Positions 12,109 to 25,744 of a DNA stretch of 64,000 nt are shown piece after piece. Under the pieces are notes generated by a model. The model was not told where the DNA came from, searched no databases, and saw only the letters and a program-made list of their open reading frames with translations. The position numbers were made by a program, and so were the translations under genes. The DNA comes from Sphagnum compactum (taxonomy: Eukaryota): positions 620,001 through 684,000 of the forward strand of contig OZ234494.1 of NCBI GenBank assembly GCA_965153455.1. Direction: 5' to 3'. Position 1 is the stretch's first letter. Every line of letters begins with the position of its first letter.

Positions 12109-12944
12109 TTAGTTGGTTAGTAATGAAAAGTGAAATTAATGATTCCATGGTTTCAAGCAGGTGATGAAATAGGGGATGGGTTGAACTTGGGAGTACAACA
12201 CATTTAATTGTGCATTGTATTTAGTTGGTTAATAATGAGAAATGGAATCAATGACATGTTTCAAAAAGGTAATGAAATAGGAGATGGGTTGAACTTGGGA
12301 ACTAAAAAAGGTACTTGAGTTAGTTGCCCCATGGAATCACCTTTTCCTTGCATTCATGAATCATGGCTAAATGCCATTAATGAGACAAAGGGAAGCATAA
12401 ATATTGGACATTTATAGCACAAAAGAGTTCATATCAATGTTGGGCGAGTATCACAAATCCCTCCAGGCATTAGTTGAATATCAAAGTTTGAACCCCTTAG
12501 GGGATCACATGGAATGATACCCTGCCTGAAAATCGAATCATCGATATAAGTGAAAACTGAATGGTGATAATCGATTAGATTTTTTAAAAATAAAAATAGT
12601 GAGACTTGGTTAAAGTCTGACCCCTTATTTGAGTAAGGGTCTCAAGAAAATCCTATGTGAAAAATTTGGGTTAGGTGGAGGCGCCACATTCCAATGACCA
12701 CTTCCAGAAAACCCTAACTTTTTTTATAAAATGCACTTTTCTCCCCTAGTTCTTCCTCTTGTGTTTTTTTCACTTGTGTTCACAAAGGTTGGGCGTTGTG
12801 CATGTTGTGTTCTCTGGTGTTTTTGTGTTGTTTATATTTTGGAGTTTGGAGTTTGGATTACAAAGTTATTTTTTTTCCTTTCTTTTTATTTATTTCCTCA
12901 CCTTTCCTCACTCTAATTCTTTTTTTTCTCAACTACTTCTTTCC

Positions 12945-13300
12945 TTCGAGCCTCTTGTCTTGTCGCCTTACCTCGCTACCTCAATTTGCTGCTTCAAAGC
13001 CTCATCATGCTATTTCGAATTACTACCTCACTGCCTTACTATGCCTTGTGCTGCCTTATCGCCTCGTCCTATTGCTTCGACCTCTTGCCTTGTTGCCTTG
13101 TTGTGTCACGTGTTGCCTCGAATTGCCTCACTGCCTCGAGCTACCGAACTGCCTTTGCCTCTTGTTGCCTTTCGCTGCCTTGTTGTTTCGTTGCCTTTGC
13201 CTTTCATTGCCTCTTGTTGCTTTGTTGTTTCAAGCTGCTTCATAGTACTTTGCTACCTTCTTGCCTTGCGCTACCTTGCTGATCGGCTGCCATCACACCT
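12945..13300. repeat. Low-complexity degenerate (cttgttgc/ctcgct) repeat tract
   Basis: Repeated ttgcct/cttgttg/cctcg motifs, continuing at ~13940-13975 on the far side of the MITE. Confidence 0.7.
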
Positions 13301-13320
13301 CAAGTACCTCCTAACCCCTA

Positions 13321-13916
13321 GGTGTAAGCATGGTCAAATAGACAAAAAAAGTAGTCCGCCTAAAATGTAATTTAAAAATGATAGAATTTTTGATATAAAC
13401 ACATGAAAGTAGATTACAAACTTGTGTAAGTAGAAATATGAAAAAAATGGCCCTCCATTTAGTTTATGGTAAGTTGAATACAAAATTTGAAAAACTTTGG
13501 TATCATAAATAAGGTGAGAAGTAGATTTGAACTTGATTGGGTCAATTTGGTGTTCAAACCTACTTTTACACTAGAAATTTTATGTATTATGATTATAACA
13601 TGCACAATTTCATAGTACACAAATATTTTTTAAGGCTTTCATAACTGGAAAATAGAAAATGTTTAATATTTCATCTACTTGCAACCCATTTTGTAAGATC
13701 GAACACTTCCTGTAAGTAAATGCAATTTTGTAAAATCTACTTAAATTTACATGAAATGTTCATCTTTCAAATTTATAATATTAAAGTGAAATTTTTTTCT
13801 TCATATTAATCATTGTATAAAATAATATTTCTACTTTCATTGCATCAAAAAAATAATTCTACTTGTAATTTTTTGTGACAAGGAACATTTTTTGTCTACT
13901 TGACCATGCCTACACC
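13321..13916. mobile_element. Non-autonomous TIR element/MITE (~600 bp)
   Basis: ~29-bp TIRs ggtgtaagcatggtcaaatagacaaaaaa / ttttttgtctacttgaccatgcctacacc (2 mismatches), AT-rich interior, interrupting the low-complexity tract. Confidence 0.8.
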
Positions 13917-14619
13917 CCCCCCCCCCCCCCCCCGCACATTTGTTGCTTCATTGCCTTGCTACCTCGCTGTCTTATGTTAGTTGGTACTTCCTTCCTCCCT
14001 CCTCTTTTGCAAGGAAGAGCTTGGAGCTTGTAGAAATGAGCTCTCTAGTAACCAGAGAAGGTTAATTTATTTTATTTTATTTTTTCGTGTTCAATTTTTT
14101 TTTGTTTTTTTTCTTTTGCTAAGTAGTTTTTTGTCTTAAATTTATTTTATATTTTATTTTGGTTTTACTTTTTTGATTCTTATAATATGTTTGTTTAGAA
14201 ATGTAATTTTTTTTTGTTTGTTAATGTGTAGGATATCCATAAACCCAAAAAAAATTCTAAAAAAAATATCATTATACATTTTTATAATCTTAATGAAAGA
14301 AAAGTGAATGAACTTTTTTCCCTAACCTTCAACCCCATTGTTTGTAAATGTTTTTATCAAACTCATGACCCTTAAACCCATTGTTTTTGTAAATATTTTT
14401 CTAGATTCTAAACCTTTGTGAACATTTGATTTTTTATTTCTTTTTTTTTGTGAAAAAAAGGGAATTTTTTGTTAATAGAGTTTGCTTGAAAATCTTGTGC
14501 CTTAGCTCCAAAAATATTTTTGTGAAAACTACCAATGGAATAGTCCTTTGCAGGTGAAAATGTTGTAATTGGAAATAATGAGACAATTGAAATTTGTATG
14601 AATGATGAAATTATGGAAG

Positions 14620-16975
14620 AAAATGTACGTGTGTAAACAAAAACAAACAAAAATCTAGAAAATGAAATAGAAGAACAAATGAAGATAAATCTTTAAAAAT
14701 TACATGCACAAAGAAAAAGTTGGTAACCACATGGAAGATTATCTTTGTGTTGGAATTTTTATTGTGTCAATGATAATACAAACATTGACCTTGAGAATAC
14801 ACAAATCATGCATTATATCCTTTGTTATTAAGAACCTATAATAGGAATAAAATCAAGAACTCAAACAAGGAAAGGATTGATTTTTTATTACAAGACAAAT
14901 GGAATAACTTTTTTAAAAAAACATGTGGATGTAGAGCAAAATGTTAGTGCAAAAATGTTTGAAAAAGAAATAAATTATTTGTTGAAAGGAAAAAAAAAAA
15001 GACAACTAGCAAAGAAAAGGGCGATTGTGTTTGGTGGATCAATTCTAAATTTTTTCTATCAAAGATTCCTTCAAAAAGAGGATGTGCCATAAAAAATAAA
15101 TTTAGAAGACTTGGGTCTTTTGATTGTCAAGAACAATTTACCAATTTAATTTGTGGAGAACATGTGATTGAAACGTGTAATTTTGCATTTGTGTCCAAAA
15201 TTAAATTTCCCTTCTAGAATGTAGTTTTCACAAGAGATATTACAATGGTTAGTTGAGAAGACAAGTCAACATTATGTTCTTCCTGCATTGGAAAATTATT
15301 TTTCTATAAGAACTAGCTTTGGATGTCTAAGGGAGCTTATGATGTCCTTGCATTAGTGATTATTTTTGGGGCAGTGATTGGTAGCCAAAACATATAACTA
15401 TTGGCTTGTTTGAGGCGACAAAAACTAACGGTCAAGCATTAGCTAGAAGTTTAATAGAGTTATGAGACAAATATGGTTGAAGGAAAAATATCATTGCTTA
15501 TGTCAAAGATGACGGCTCAAATCTCAATGCAATGACCACTGTATTGAAACTTGTTATAAATTGTGAATCTTTTGGTTTAGAAGAAAGCTTTCAAGGCATT
15601 TGCTTTGCGCATGTTTTTTCCAAAACATGTCAATATGGCATTACAAAGGAAAAGGTGTGTAAGGATCCGAAATATGTTTCTGTTAAGTCTACTCAAGCAA
15701 ATTTGCAAAAGCGCATCATTTGGCTTAAGAAATCTAGAAAGAGAAAACAGGAATGGAACAAGGCTAGTGTTGAAACTGGCATTCACCCTAGAAAATAACA
15801 CTCTAATGAAAACCAAATAGTCCTTTTTGTTTCATTATTATTTCAACAATTTACAATTTTTGAGGTTTTGAATTATACAAGATAATTACTCTTTTTTATT
15901 ATTGGTTGTGTTGTAGGTTTGTTAGTAAGGTCATTATGTTTCAAGAGGCCTTATAATTTCGTTCTACCATTGTGTTCTGTGATAACAAACAAAATTTTGT
16001 GAGAGTCATTGGTCGAATGCTTCCACCTCTAACTTGGCACATTTATCAGATTATAGTGGATTGTCTTTCTCCAATTGTTTATCTTGTGTTCTTAAGTAGT
16101 CCCATGGACATTGACTCCTCAGTGATGTTTTACTCTATGTTATTTCCATGAGTTTGAAACTGAAGGAAAAAAACAAAATTATTCCTTCATTTGAAAACCT
16201 AATCGAAGATGATTCCATTATTTCTGATGAGTTATCTTTGTCGGCCTTTAACATTAGAAGGGACGTAATCAATGTGCTAGATTCTTTCCTTTCATTCTTG
16301 AAAAAATATGAAAACAAGAAAACTCATAATATGATTTATTTAGTGTTAGACCCCAGGTTTAAGAGTCTTTGTATAGTATCCTCATTTGTTGGAAGGGAGC
16401 AAGGTGTTGCTTTTGTTGAAGAATATGATAGAAAATCCTTGTATCTTATGTTGATGAAATGCCATGAGCATTTGCATCCTTTGGTAAGGTTAAATAAACA
16501 TTGTGCTAACCAAGATATTTTTTAGTAGGATTACAATTTGGATATTTTTGAGCAAACTTCAAACACAAGTGAACCAACAGAAGAGCTTGTGAAGAAGGAA
16601 TTGTTGATTTTTAGGAGATTTCAATTGGATGTTAAGGACATCAAATGCCTTCTTCAATGGTGGTAGAAACATAAAACAATGTTTCTTATAGTTTGAATTT
16701 TAGCTCGACATATTTTGGGTGTTGTTGGAATTCAAATTGAAACATAAATGTTTTTTTCTTTGTCTGGAATACCTACTAACCTTAAGAAATGTCCTTTGCA
16801 AACTAAAAATTTAGAGAAGTTGATATTTGTCAACAAAAAATTGGCTTAATGATTTAGAATAGGTTGTGTGTCTCCGTTTAACTTATTGGAGTTCCTTGAA
16901 AGGGATGTAGATTTAGAAAAAGGGAGTTAAAAAACTTTGAAGGTGAATTTGAAAGGGATGAAGTTGTTGAAGTGT
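14620..16975 (+). mobile_element. Degenerate hAT-superfamily transposase (pseudogene)
   Basis: Fragments: BED-finger-like SLCWNFYCV...IMHYILCY...LKKHVD; IAYVKDDGSNLNAM; CFAHVFS (CxxH); LVLDPRFK; C-terminal dimerisation-like LLQWW*KHK.MF..LARHILG...IET.MFFSLSG...NLEKLIFVNK. Many stops and frameshifts. Confidence 0.88.
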
Positions 16976-19190
16976 AAAACTTCAATAAATAACATATTAT
17001 TTAGTGTTAAAAAGTTGTTTGTAACAATGTTTGTAATTTTTTCATTAGTAAGAAAATTAATAAAATCAAGATCCCTTTTTAAAAATGATTTTAATTTTCT
17101 GGAATTTTTAAATAATAACCAATTAATAAGTAATACCCAATTTGTGAGAACTGACAAAAGAGAACCAACTGTTCTCAAAATTTTGAGAACCAGTATTGAG
17201 AACTGATTATGGTGAATGGTTCTTCACCTTATGAGGCTACAACCCCCATACTTGCATGTGATCATTCTATAGCTCACCCAATATGTCCAACTCTCCTCCA
17301 AGGTTTTACATCCCAATTATACAAATTGGACAAGGCTTACTATGGTTGGGTTGGTTCTAGCACATCTAAGGAAAGTTAACATGGCTTAGTGATAAAATGG
17401 ACCCACAACCCATCATCTAGGTACCTATTAAGGTAGTATGTTTGTTTTGTATGTTGCATTGAAATCTCCCAAACCCCCCATGCCTCATGCTACATTCTTC
17501 ATACCATTGGAAAAGCCCTTGATGAGTAAGGAGTACATCCAGGTGGTTTTGCTATGTTTAGACCTACAATGCAAGAGTTATTCGATATTGAGTCATTCAC
17601 AATTTACTAAAACTAAACCTTTAAAAAAAATTGAGGTGTATTTTGGTATTGTTGAAAAGCCTTCAACAAGTAGGATTTTATGCATAACATTTGGACCTAA
17701 AATGTGAGAGATATTGAATCGTGAATAAAGAATTTGTTAAAAAATTCAACTAAATTACAAAGATTGATTTTGAACAGAAAATTTACTTGTGTAATGAGGA
17801 GTTCACACTTGAGTCAACAACATAGACCACAATAGTAAATATGACAATTTGAATGTCAATAACTTTCACTCGATTCTTGATGCATAGAACATACAATATT
17901 TTATTACATGCCCAAGTTTTGTAATCTTCATCTAGTGAATTTTGAATTCTTAGCATTGTTTAACATAACAACAATTCACCACTTTTATTTTGATTTCCCA
18001 ATTAAATATTATTATTGTCTCCCCCGCCCCAAACTACCTATATACCTTACCCAAAATTATTGTTGTGGCTATCTATTAAAATAAAGGATGGGTTTGTTGT
18101 GTCCCACACTACATTACATTTGAGTGCCAAAGGTGATTTGCCTTTGATTTGGAACTTCCCATTATCTCTCCCAATCTGAAAGTTTCCCCCACTTTTCCTT
18201 TCATAACTACAAAGTTTCTCCCCCTCCTTCCACAAGGTACAATTTGGTCTCACTTTGACATATTTGGGCTCAAAACCCTAAAAAAGTCATAGCTTTTGGG
18301 TAAGTGTAAAAAAGCTATGACTAGGGAAGAAACACTTGGTAGCACTAGAAACTACACACAAGTTCATGAATGGAATACACGAGTAGCCACATACAAAGCA
18401 AAAAAAAAATCACTTGTCCTTTGGAAACATAATGGGTCATTTGTTATTGGGTCCTCTTTTGAAAGGAGATTTGTCCATTGTCCCTTTGGCCAAAGTCCTC
18501 TCTATTGGCTCCATCCATCATCCCCTAGAGACTATAATTCCACTTTCTCAATGGCCTTTAGTTTTGGGGAACATTTGGAACACTATAATTTACAAAAACA
18601 ATTGTGGTGGCAATGGTGGTTGGACCCTCTCACTCTAAGTTGGAGATTCTAGGGTTCAAATATTTTTGCCACACCTCAGTGTTTGTTCTGAATGACTTTC
18701 ATTGGGGAAAGTCTTTTGAGGAAATGATTGTGTTCCCAAGGTAACCATGAACCGTGTTCCCTAGTAAAATGCAACCATATTTTTTGAGGAATGCTTATGT
18801 TTATCGAGGAACATGGATGTTTGCTTCTTTTGAAAATGTTTTCTCTTACGAAAGAAAAAATTGTTGAACTATTTCTTGAGGCAATGGTTGTGTTACTAAA
18901 AAAAAATGGTTGATTTTTTTGGGGAAATTTGAAACATGTTCTTCGTGTTCTCAAGGAAAAGCTTTTGCCTGAGAACACAACCATTTTCCCATAAACCTTT
19001 TTGGCATGAATGTTATCCAAAACACAAACAACTCTCTTTTTATTTTTTCTATGTCTATCTTCCCCAGCATAAGAACCCTAGGGCGTTTTGCCAGGGGAGC
19101 TCCCCAATTTTATATGTTCCCACGTTCCCATGGAGATCTTTTTATTTTCTACAAGAAAAATGAGAAAAAAGCGAGGAAATCAAAAGAGAG

Positions 19191-19322
19191 TTGTTTACGT
19201 AAGGGGAGGTTCATGTACTTGTGCGTTCTCCTGAGGTTTGGGAACACCCTCGGGCTCACACCCTTGGGTGCCCCTCCCTCAAGAGAACGCACTTGTGAAG
19301 GAGCCTCCCTTACAACTAAACA
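19191..19322. repeat. ~130-nt foldback (long imperfect inverted repeat)
   Basis: tgttta..gtaaggggaggttc...gtgcgttctcctgagg...gggaacaccc pairs with gggtgcccc...cctcaagagaacgcac...gagcctcccttac..taaaca. Confidence 0.8.
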
Positions 19323-19535
19323 CTAACATGGCAAACAAAATTGAACTCCAAATCTTCCACTTAGGGTGGGAATGTCCAACCAATGTGTCACACAATTGCT
19401 TTGATAAATAGTAGTGTGCCAGCTGAATTATCACGGTCATCAAACAAACTTGGGGAACAAGAAAACATTTTGAAAATTAATTTTATGCTGGGCACCGTGA
19501 ATGGGCATGAGTATTTTTCTGCATGGGGGGGAGAC

Positions 19536-19936
19536 TGAGTTCCACTTTAGACGAGGGTCCAAGGTCCAAGGTCCAATGAAATAGAGCAATCCTATTGGAT
19601 GAGAGTCATAAATTGGACCCATGGCCTTTAGATGAGGGTCCAAGACCAAAAAGTGGCAAATTGAGGCTAAATCTAGATGGCACCATTCTGAAGGGAAAAT
19701 CAATTGGTTCAGACCCTTCACAAAAAATTTATATTTTTAAAGCCAAAAAAAAACTAATTTTTCATTTATTTATAAAAGAGCTAATAAAAAGGAGAGATCA
19801 TGATTTGAAGACCTGAGATGCATGCAGGCAGGGTCCAAGGCAAGGTTCAACTCAAGGGTTCAATTTGCTTCAAATGAGTCCAAATTGGTTCCTAGGAATT
19901 TGGACCCTGGACCCCAATATCTAAAGTGGGCCTTGA
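19536..19936. mobile_element. Putative MITE (~400 bp)
   Basis: ccactttagacgagggtccaaggtccaa at the left end; reverse complement ttggaccctggaccccaatatctaaagtgg at the right end; internal gggtccaa/ttggaccc motifs. Confidence 0.6.
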
Positions 19937-20282
19937 GATTGCATTTAACCTGATGCTAACTAAGGTTTAGTGTTGGCCCAATGTGTGCATGATGATGATG
20001 ATGATGTATATACTTTTGTATGATGTTTTTCTCAAGCGCAACAACGACCAACTCCTTGAAACGAACGAGATAGTTTCATGAGTCACTTAACGAGGTCATC
20101 TAAGTGACATAATTTGCACAAGATTAGACACATGCACCACTTTTTTAGAGTTATCCGTAGTAAAGTCTTGTGATTAGGGGGTGAGAACGGCCAGTTTCGG
20201 CATAACAGGCCATCAAACCACTAACTCTGGGAATGAAAATATTACAAAGCGAAATAACAGGGATCCAAACTAGTTTTTTCCA

Positions 20283-20815
20283 GCAATTTTGGTGGTGAAC
20301 TGAGTTTCATCCTTTTTTCATTTTTCTGTTGAGCGCCTCCAGTGCTGCTGCTACATATATTTTCACTGCTCCTACCTGTACAACTACTATAATTACTCTC
20401 GAACCTTGTGCATTAAATGCTGAGTTTCAGCATTTCATACCCAGGTTTTACAAATTTTCGTTACTTTGCGGACCTCACTCGGAGAGAGAGAGAGGATAGG
20501 GAATGAAAAGAGGCCCAAAGACAGGGCGACTTTACGAATAACTCTTTTGTGCCGAACTGAGTTTCATCCAGTTTTGACCCGTCTTTCCTTTTTACTGAGC
20601 GGCTTCACTGCTGCTACATATGTTTTCACTGCTCCTACATGCACAATTACTATAATTACCTCGAACCTTGTGCATTAAATGCTGAGTTTCAGCATTTCGT
20701 ACCCAGATTTTATAAACTTCCTTACTTACTTTGCGGACCTCACTCAGAGAGAGAGAGAGGATAGGGAATGAAAAGAGGCCCAAAGAGAGGGTGAAGACAG
20801 GATGAGTTTAAGGAA
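20283..20815 (+). repeat. Two tandem copies (~260 bp) of a dispersed repeat; an inverted copy lies at ~36245-36540
   Basis: gctgctacatatattttcactgctcctac...actataattac..tcgaaccttgtgcattaaatgctgagtttcagcatttc.tacccag occurs at ~20345 and ~20610; its reverse complement is at ~36355-36475. Confidence 0.85.
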
Positions 20816-22306
20816 AACTCTAAAGGCATGTGTCTAATCTTGGGCAAGTAAACAATGAAAAGAAAATAATGTGCTTCTTGGTGGACTTAGTGCAAACAAT
20901 ATGTGGATTAGCAATTTGATCATGGAAAAACATTAGGGTAGAGCTGCCCATCACCAGTGGCTGACTAGCATTTGAGTGTATTGCATCAAAAGAATACCCA
21001 AAGAAGCCATTTTAACATTGTAACAGAAGTCAGAACTGGGGACCTGAACTGGATCATGCATGTTACAGTGCTTGTAATAACTTGTTGCAAGTCTGGCCTA
21101 GAAAAAAGAAATGAATTAAAGCTATCCCTGAAGTCCTCCCCAGTTCGATCCCCTGTTTGGATTTCGTCCCCTTTTTGTTTATTATCTGTAAAGTCCCCAG
21201 AACTGAACTGGGGTGAAATTTCAAAACTGAGGTTCGGAGCAGAAAATAGGGGGTGAGATGGGATGTGAACTTCTTTTTTGGGCACTTTTTTTTCTCTTGT
21301 TTGGGCAAACTTAAGGGACTGTTTTAGAACCTTTTTTCTTTTTTTTCTTGGGGGGCAGACTCAATGGGATTTCGTTTAAATTTTATTTGGCCCCCTTTTG
21401 TTTTTTCGACTTTTCTTTTTTTTGCGTGGACTCAAAGGGACTTCTGTAAAACCTTTTTTTGGCCCCTTTCTTTTTGTTTAGGCACACTTGAGGGACTTCT
21501 TTGAAGGTTTCTTTTTGCCATTTTTTCCCCTTTGGGCACACTTGACCAAATTCTTCCATGCTTTTGTTGCCCTTTTATTTAGGGGCTTTTTTTTGGGTTT
21601 ATTTATTTTAGGGTCTAGAATTAGGACTTAGGGAGTTTAGGGATTGTTTTTAGAGTGATTTCTTAGTTGAGTGTTTTTTCTACATCATTGCTTCTTTCAC
21701 TAGGGCTTTTCATGGCATCCTCAAGTCTAATAGCTGTTCATCAAGTAGTGATGAGGAGATGTTCTAGAGGACACATAAACAACATCAAATGGTGTTTATG
21801 GCGTTGGTGGCTGACACTAGTGCATTGGAGCTTTTCAATGTGAATGGATTGGAATTCGGTGCCATGCAATTAGTTGACTAAAATGTGGGGGTTTGGGATG
21901 TGCTCACCACAATGTGAGCCATTCCAAGTTTGTTCAAAACTTTAACAAACTTTAATTTGTCAAAGTTTGATGAGGTATGTGCATTAGTGGTCCCCACTAT
22001 CTAGGCTTATTGCAAGGGCTATCGGCATGACTCACATTGTGGTTGAGTGATTAACCAAACTAACCTTGAAGCAATGATTCATCTTATACATGAAACATGA
22101 TAATGTAGTCATGTATGACACATTCCTCTAAAATTGGAACAAGTCTATTATATGTCATGATGTGATTTTCATTACATTCTGCATCAATGAAGCGATTAAT
22201 GACAAGATTGGATTGTTGAGTTTTGGTACATAGATCCTTGAGCTCCATGGTTGTATCATATTCATTGATGGAACTTTCATTGAAATCTGAAAACTTAAAA
22301 CAATGT

Positions 22307-23402
22307 TGTTAAAAATAGAAATTCCTAAACTAATTACTGTCATAAGCATCTCAATAACTAAAGGGTTACTAGTGGTAGTAACTTAACGTCTTTTTATTAA
22401 AGGATTAAACTAATGGGATTAGTTAGAAGAATGATTGGTGGTAATCCACCAATCATGTGAGGATTTCTAGGAAGGATAAAGATTGGTTATCCAACCAACT
22501 AATGAGATGTGTGAAAGGATTAGGATAAGGAGAGCATATTTTCACAAAAGGCATATGGACCTTGTATGGTATGGGAGATAGGGGATTACGATGAGAATTA
22601 AAGGGGATTGTGGATCGTTCTCTTGGAGTACTCGAAAGATTATGATTTTAAATTGGATGTGACTAGGAAAGTTCTCTTGGGGAAGATGTGTGTATATAAC
22701 ATTGAAAGAAAGAGTAGGAAAGTATAGAAGCAAGTTATACTTTCATTATTGTGATGGAAAATGGTTGATGAATTCTCATGGCTCTTTGTTGATGTTTGGT
22801 TATATTTAGAGTTGGAACAGAGAGGAGAGAGTAGTTCATATTAATATTACATTTTTTTAATGCTCATATATTAATTTTTTGCTTCTTTTATACGTTTCCA
22901 TTTTTTTATGGTAATCTTTGGAATAATAAATACCTTTTACCACAGGATGGTAGCTACCACTAAAAGGCAATAACAAAGAGGTAGGCATGATATTTGAGTT
23001 ATGCATGGAAGGTAATGTTGATGTAAATAGTAGGTAGTAGCCACAAGGGGTTTATAGGTGCTGCAAATAGTAGGTAGTAACCACAAAGGTTTAAAGGTGT
23101 TGTAAACGGTAGGTAACAACCACAAAGTGTTTTAAGGCATTGTAGATGGTAGGTAACAATCATAAAGGGTCTACATGCATTGCAGATGGTAGGCAACAAC
23201 TATAAAAGGTCTATAAACGATTGTGGGTTTTTTTCAAGTCTATAAAGGATAGTAATTATTGCATGATGGTAATTGCAACATGACAATATGCAACAAAAGG
23301 TTGTTCCTACCTTTAAAGCTTTCCATTTTTCTTGTTATTTTGTATTTATTCAACAACCCTTTCCTTGTTGGTAATTGGGTTATCAGATCCCGCAGTTTTA
23401 CA
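22307..23402. mobile_element. Solo LTR (~1.1 kb) inserted in the Harbinger transposase
   Basis: Begins tgttaaaa and ends ttttaca (TG..CA with short inverted termini). 5-bp flanks aatgt (22302-22306) and aatgc (23403-23407) form a near-perfect TSD. Transposase homology resumes immediately on both sides. Internal TATA-like tatataa at ~22694. Confidence 0.75.
22945..23225. repeat. ~39-bp minisatellite inside the solo LTR
   Basis: ggtaggtaacaaccacaaagggtttaaaggcattgtagat-like unit, ~6-7 copies. Confidence 0.8.
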
Positions 23403-25179
23403 AATGCCACCCATAGGTCATGGTTCAATGGGTGGAAAAAATTGTATTTTATGAATAACATGGTGGTCATGAACCATCATGGACTATTCATTTACTTAGA
23501 TGTTGGTTACCTAAGTTCATTTCATGATGTCACCATCTTGCATGGGTCAAATTTGTATAAAAATTAACACCTATTTTTTGCATATTGATGAGTATGTTGA
23601 GTACTTATTAAAAGGTCCAAGTATTTAGGTGAAGAGATGTTTATTATGCATCAAATTGGGAGGTGTGAGCTTGCTTTTAAACATGATATGAATGTAATCA
23701 ATGCCCACAACAAAATGCATGCTAATTATAGGGTGAGGGTGGAGTGGGGAATTAAGGGGTTAAATAAAAAATGGAAACAATTAGTGAAGTGCTTTGATTT
23801 GACAAAACCCAAGTATAGTCATTTATTCCATATAGAAGTTATCTTGACAAACTTTCTACACATATGTTTGATGGTCTTCACACATAAAGTCACCAACAAC
23901 TAGATTGAAGACCTAGCTAACTATGGCTAGGATGGGGAATTTTAGCTATAGATCTAAAACTCCTTTAACTTTCTCCTTAATTTATGCATCTATCGAAATT
24001 CCCATATTTCTAGTTGCTCTACAATTGTGAAGTCTAAATAGGTTACAGTTTGCTTGAGTGTTTACAAAATATTATCCCACGCATCTTTTTATGTGTTTTT
24101 TCTAACAAATTACCATATAATGCAATGTTAAATTTTTTTAATGAAAAATTGAAATTGCAATGTAATATGCAACAAAACATCACAAAAATGTTGAAACATC
24201 CATAATTATGACTATAAATGATATTTTGTAGTATTATAAACACCAAATTTATATCTTGTAAAACAAATACCTCATTCGTGTATGGAAATATATATATAGT
24301 GTATTTTCAATATCCATTAGATGCATCCTTTCACCAATTTTTAAGCCCATCCATTAATAATGACTATGCAAACTTGTGTATTTGGATCCTTTCAAAATTG
24401 TTGAAAATTGTCCACAAAGGAAAATACCTTATTTTATTAAAAAATTATATGAAACCAAATTTGAAAGTGTTAACAAAGAGATATATTAATGCCACTTATA
24501 TTTTTATGTTTGAAATTAGTCCTTTTAAAGTTGTAATTATATAGTTTACAAATGGGTTCCATATTTTTTAAATACCCATAAAATTGACTTTTTTTCATAA
24601 AATACCAATAATTTTCATATATTTGAACCCAAAGTGTGTACACTAATGTCACATGTCATATGGTTCGAATGTTTAAAGATCTGACACATAGAACATTATG
24701 CAATTCATATGTTTAAGTGGGAAGGTTGGTGGAATGTGTAATTTATTTTTGGCATTTGAATATATTCAAAGATTACAATACATAAAAAATTGCACTCAAG
24801 CACATTGTGACTCAAACAATTTTTTCTTTTCTAAACTAACCACCATCTTGGCCTAAATCAAGGCTCTTTAATCCTCATTGTTGACTTGCATTTCATGTAC
24901 CATGGTGGTAAAACTAGTAGATTATGATTTCAACATTTTAGCTTTCGTTTGTGACTTGCCATTTGATGTGTTTGTAAAAATAATGCCATAATTAGATTAT
25001 AGAGTAGGGCTTGGAGTAGATGGCTTTTGTATAAAGTCATTGACTATGGGAAGAGTAAGTGGGGGACATGATGTACCATCAATCACACTTTGTTACCTTT
25101 TGAGGACATTTCAAATGGCCCATGTCCATCCGTGGCTTTAATTATGCCAAGACTTGGTCACTTTGCAACACCACTTTTA

Positions 25180-25460
25180 GGCCCTTCTTCATTGCTTATG
25201 CTTGTCTTCAATTCCTTTAATGCATCTCAAAGACAATCCTTCAATGTGTCTTCTTGGAACGTCAAATTAGGTCAAATTTCCTTATATTCACCATAGATCA
25301 CCTTCCACACAAGACTAGGTATCAATTGGGTGACTTCTTTATAATTTTTAGAGTATATAACAAAGTGTCAATGGTAGCTCACCTTCATGGTTCTCCTTGT
25401 TGCTTTCGCCTTTGTTTGACTAAATAAGACATCAGCTTACTCCAAATCACTTGAATGAAT
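25180..25460 (-). mobile_element. Degenerate Myb/SANT(trihelix)-like ORF, probable second Harbinger gene
   Basis: Minus-strand translation ...IPSLVWKVIYGEYKEI*PNLTFQEDTLKDCL*DALKELK has the W..I..E...F.E..LK pattern. It is convergent with the DDE ORF, as expected for Harbinger elements. Confidence 0.45.
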
Positions 25461-25744
25461 GAATGTTTTGTTTTTATGTTCATTAGCCATGCCTACACAA
25501 TGAAATATCACCCAAACCTTTTTCAATATCCCTTACAACTTATTTGTCAATACAAACTAGTCCAAACTCAATCAACCATCTTTCACAAACATGTCACAAG
25601 TTTAAAAGCAACTTGACTTTTTGGGGTGAAATCCCAAACATGGCTACAACTACCACTTTTAAATGAAAAATTAAACTCAAACATTATTAAGAAGTTGGAG
25701 AAGTTATCCAAAATGTTATATGGAAATCATTAGATGGAAAAGTC

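Larger units (their letters stand above)
21710..23945 (+). mobile_element. Degenerate PIF/Harbinger (DDE_Tnp_4-type) transposase split by a solo LTR
   Basis: FKTLTNFNLSKFDEVCALVVP; LYMKHDN...NWNKS; GCIIFIDGTFIEI (first D); after the insertion HRSWFNGWKKLYFMNN...HGLFIYLDVGYLSSFHDVTIL; NKMHANYRVRVEWGIKGLNKKWK (E). Numerous stops. Confidence 0.85.

Noticed and set aside
12731-13370. ORFs of 203, 149 and 98 aa rich in Leu/Cys/Pro
   Set aside because: Artefacts of a stop-poor low-complexity repeat that is open in several frames
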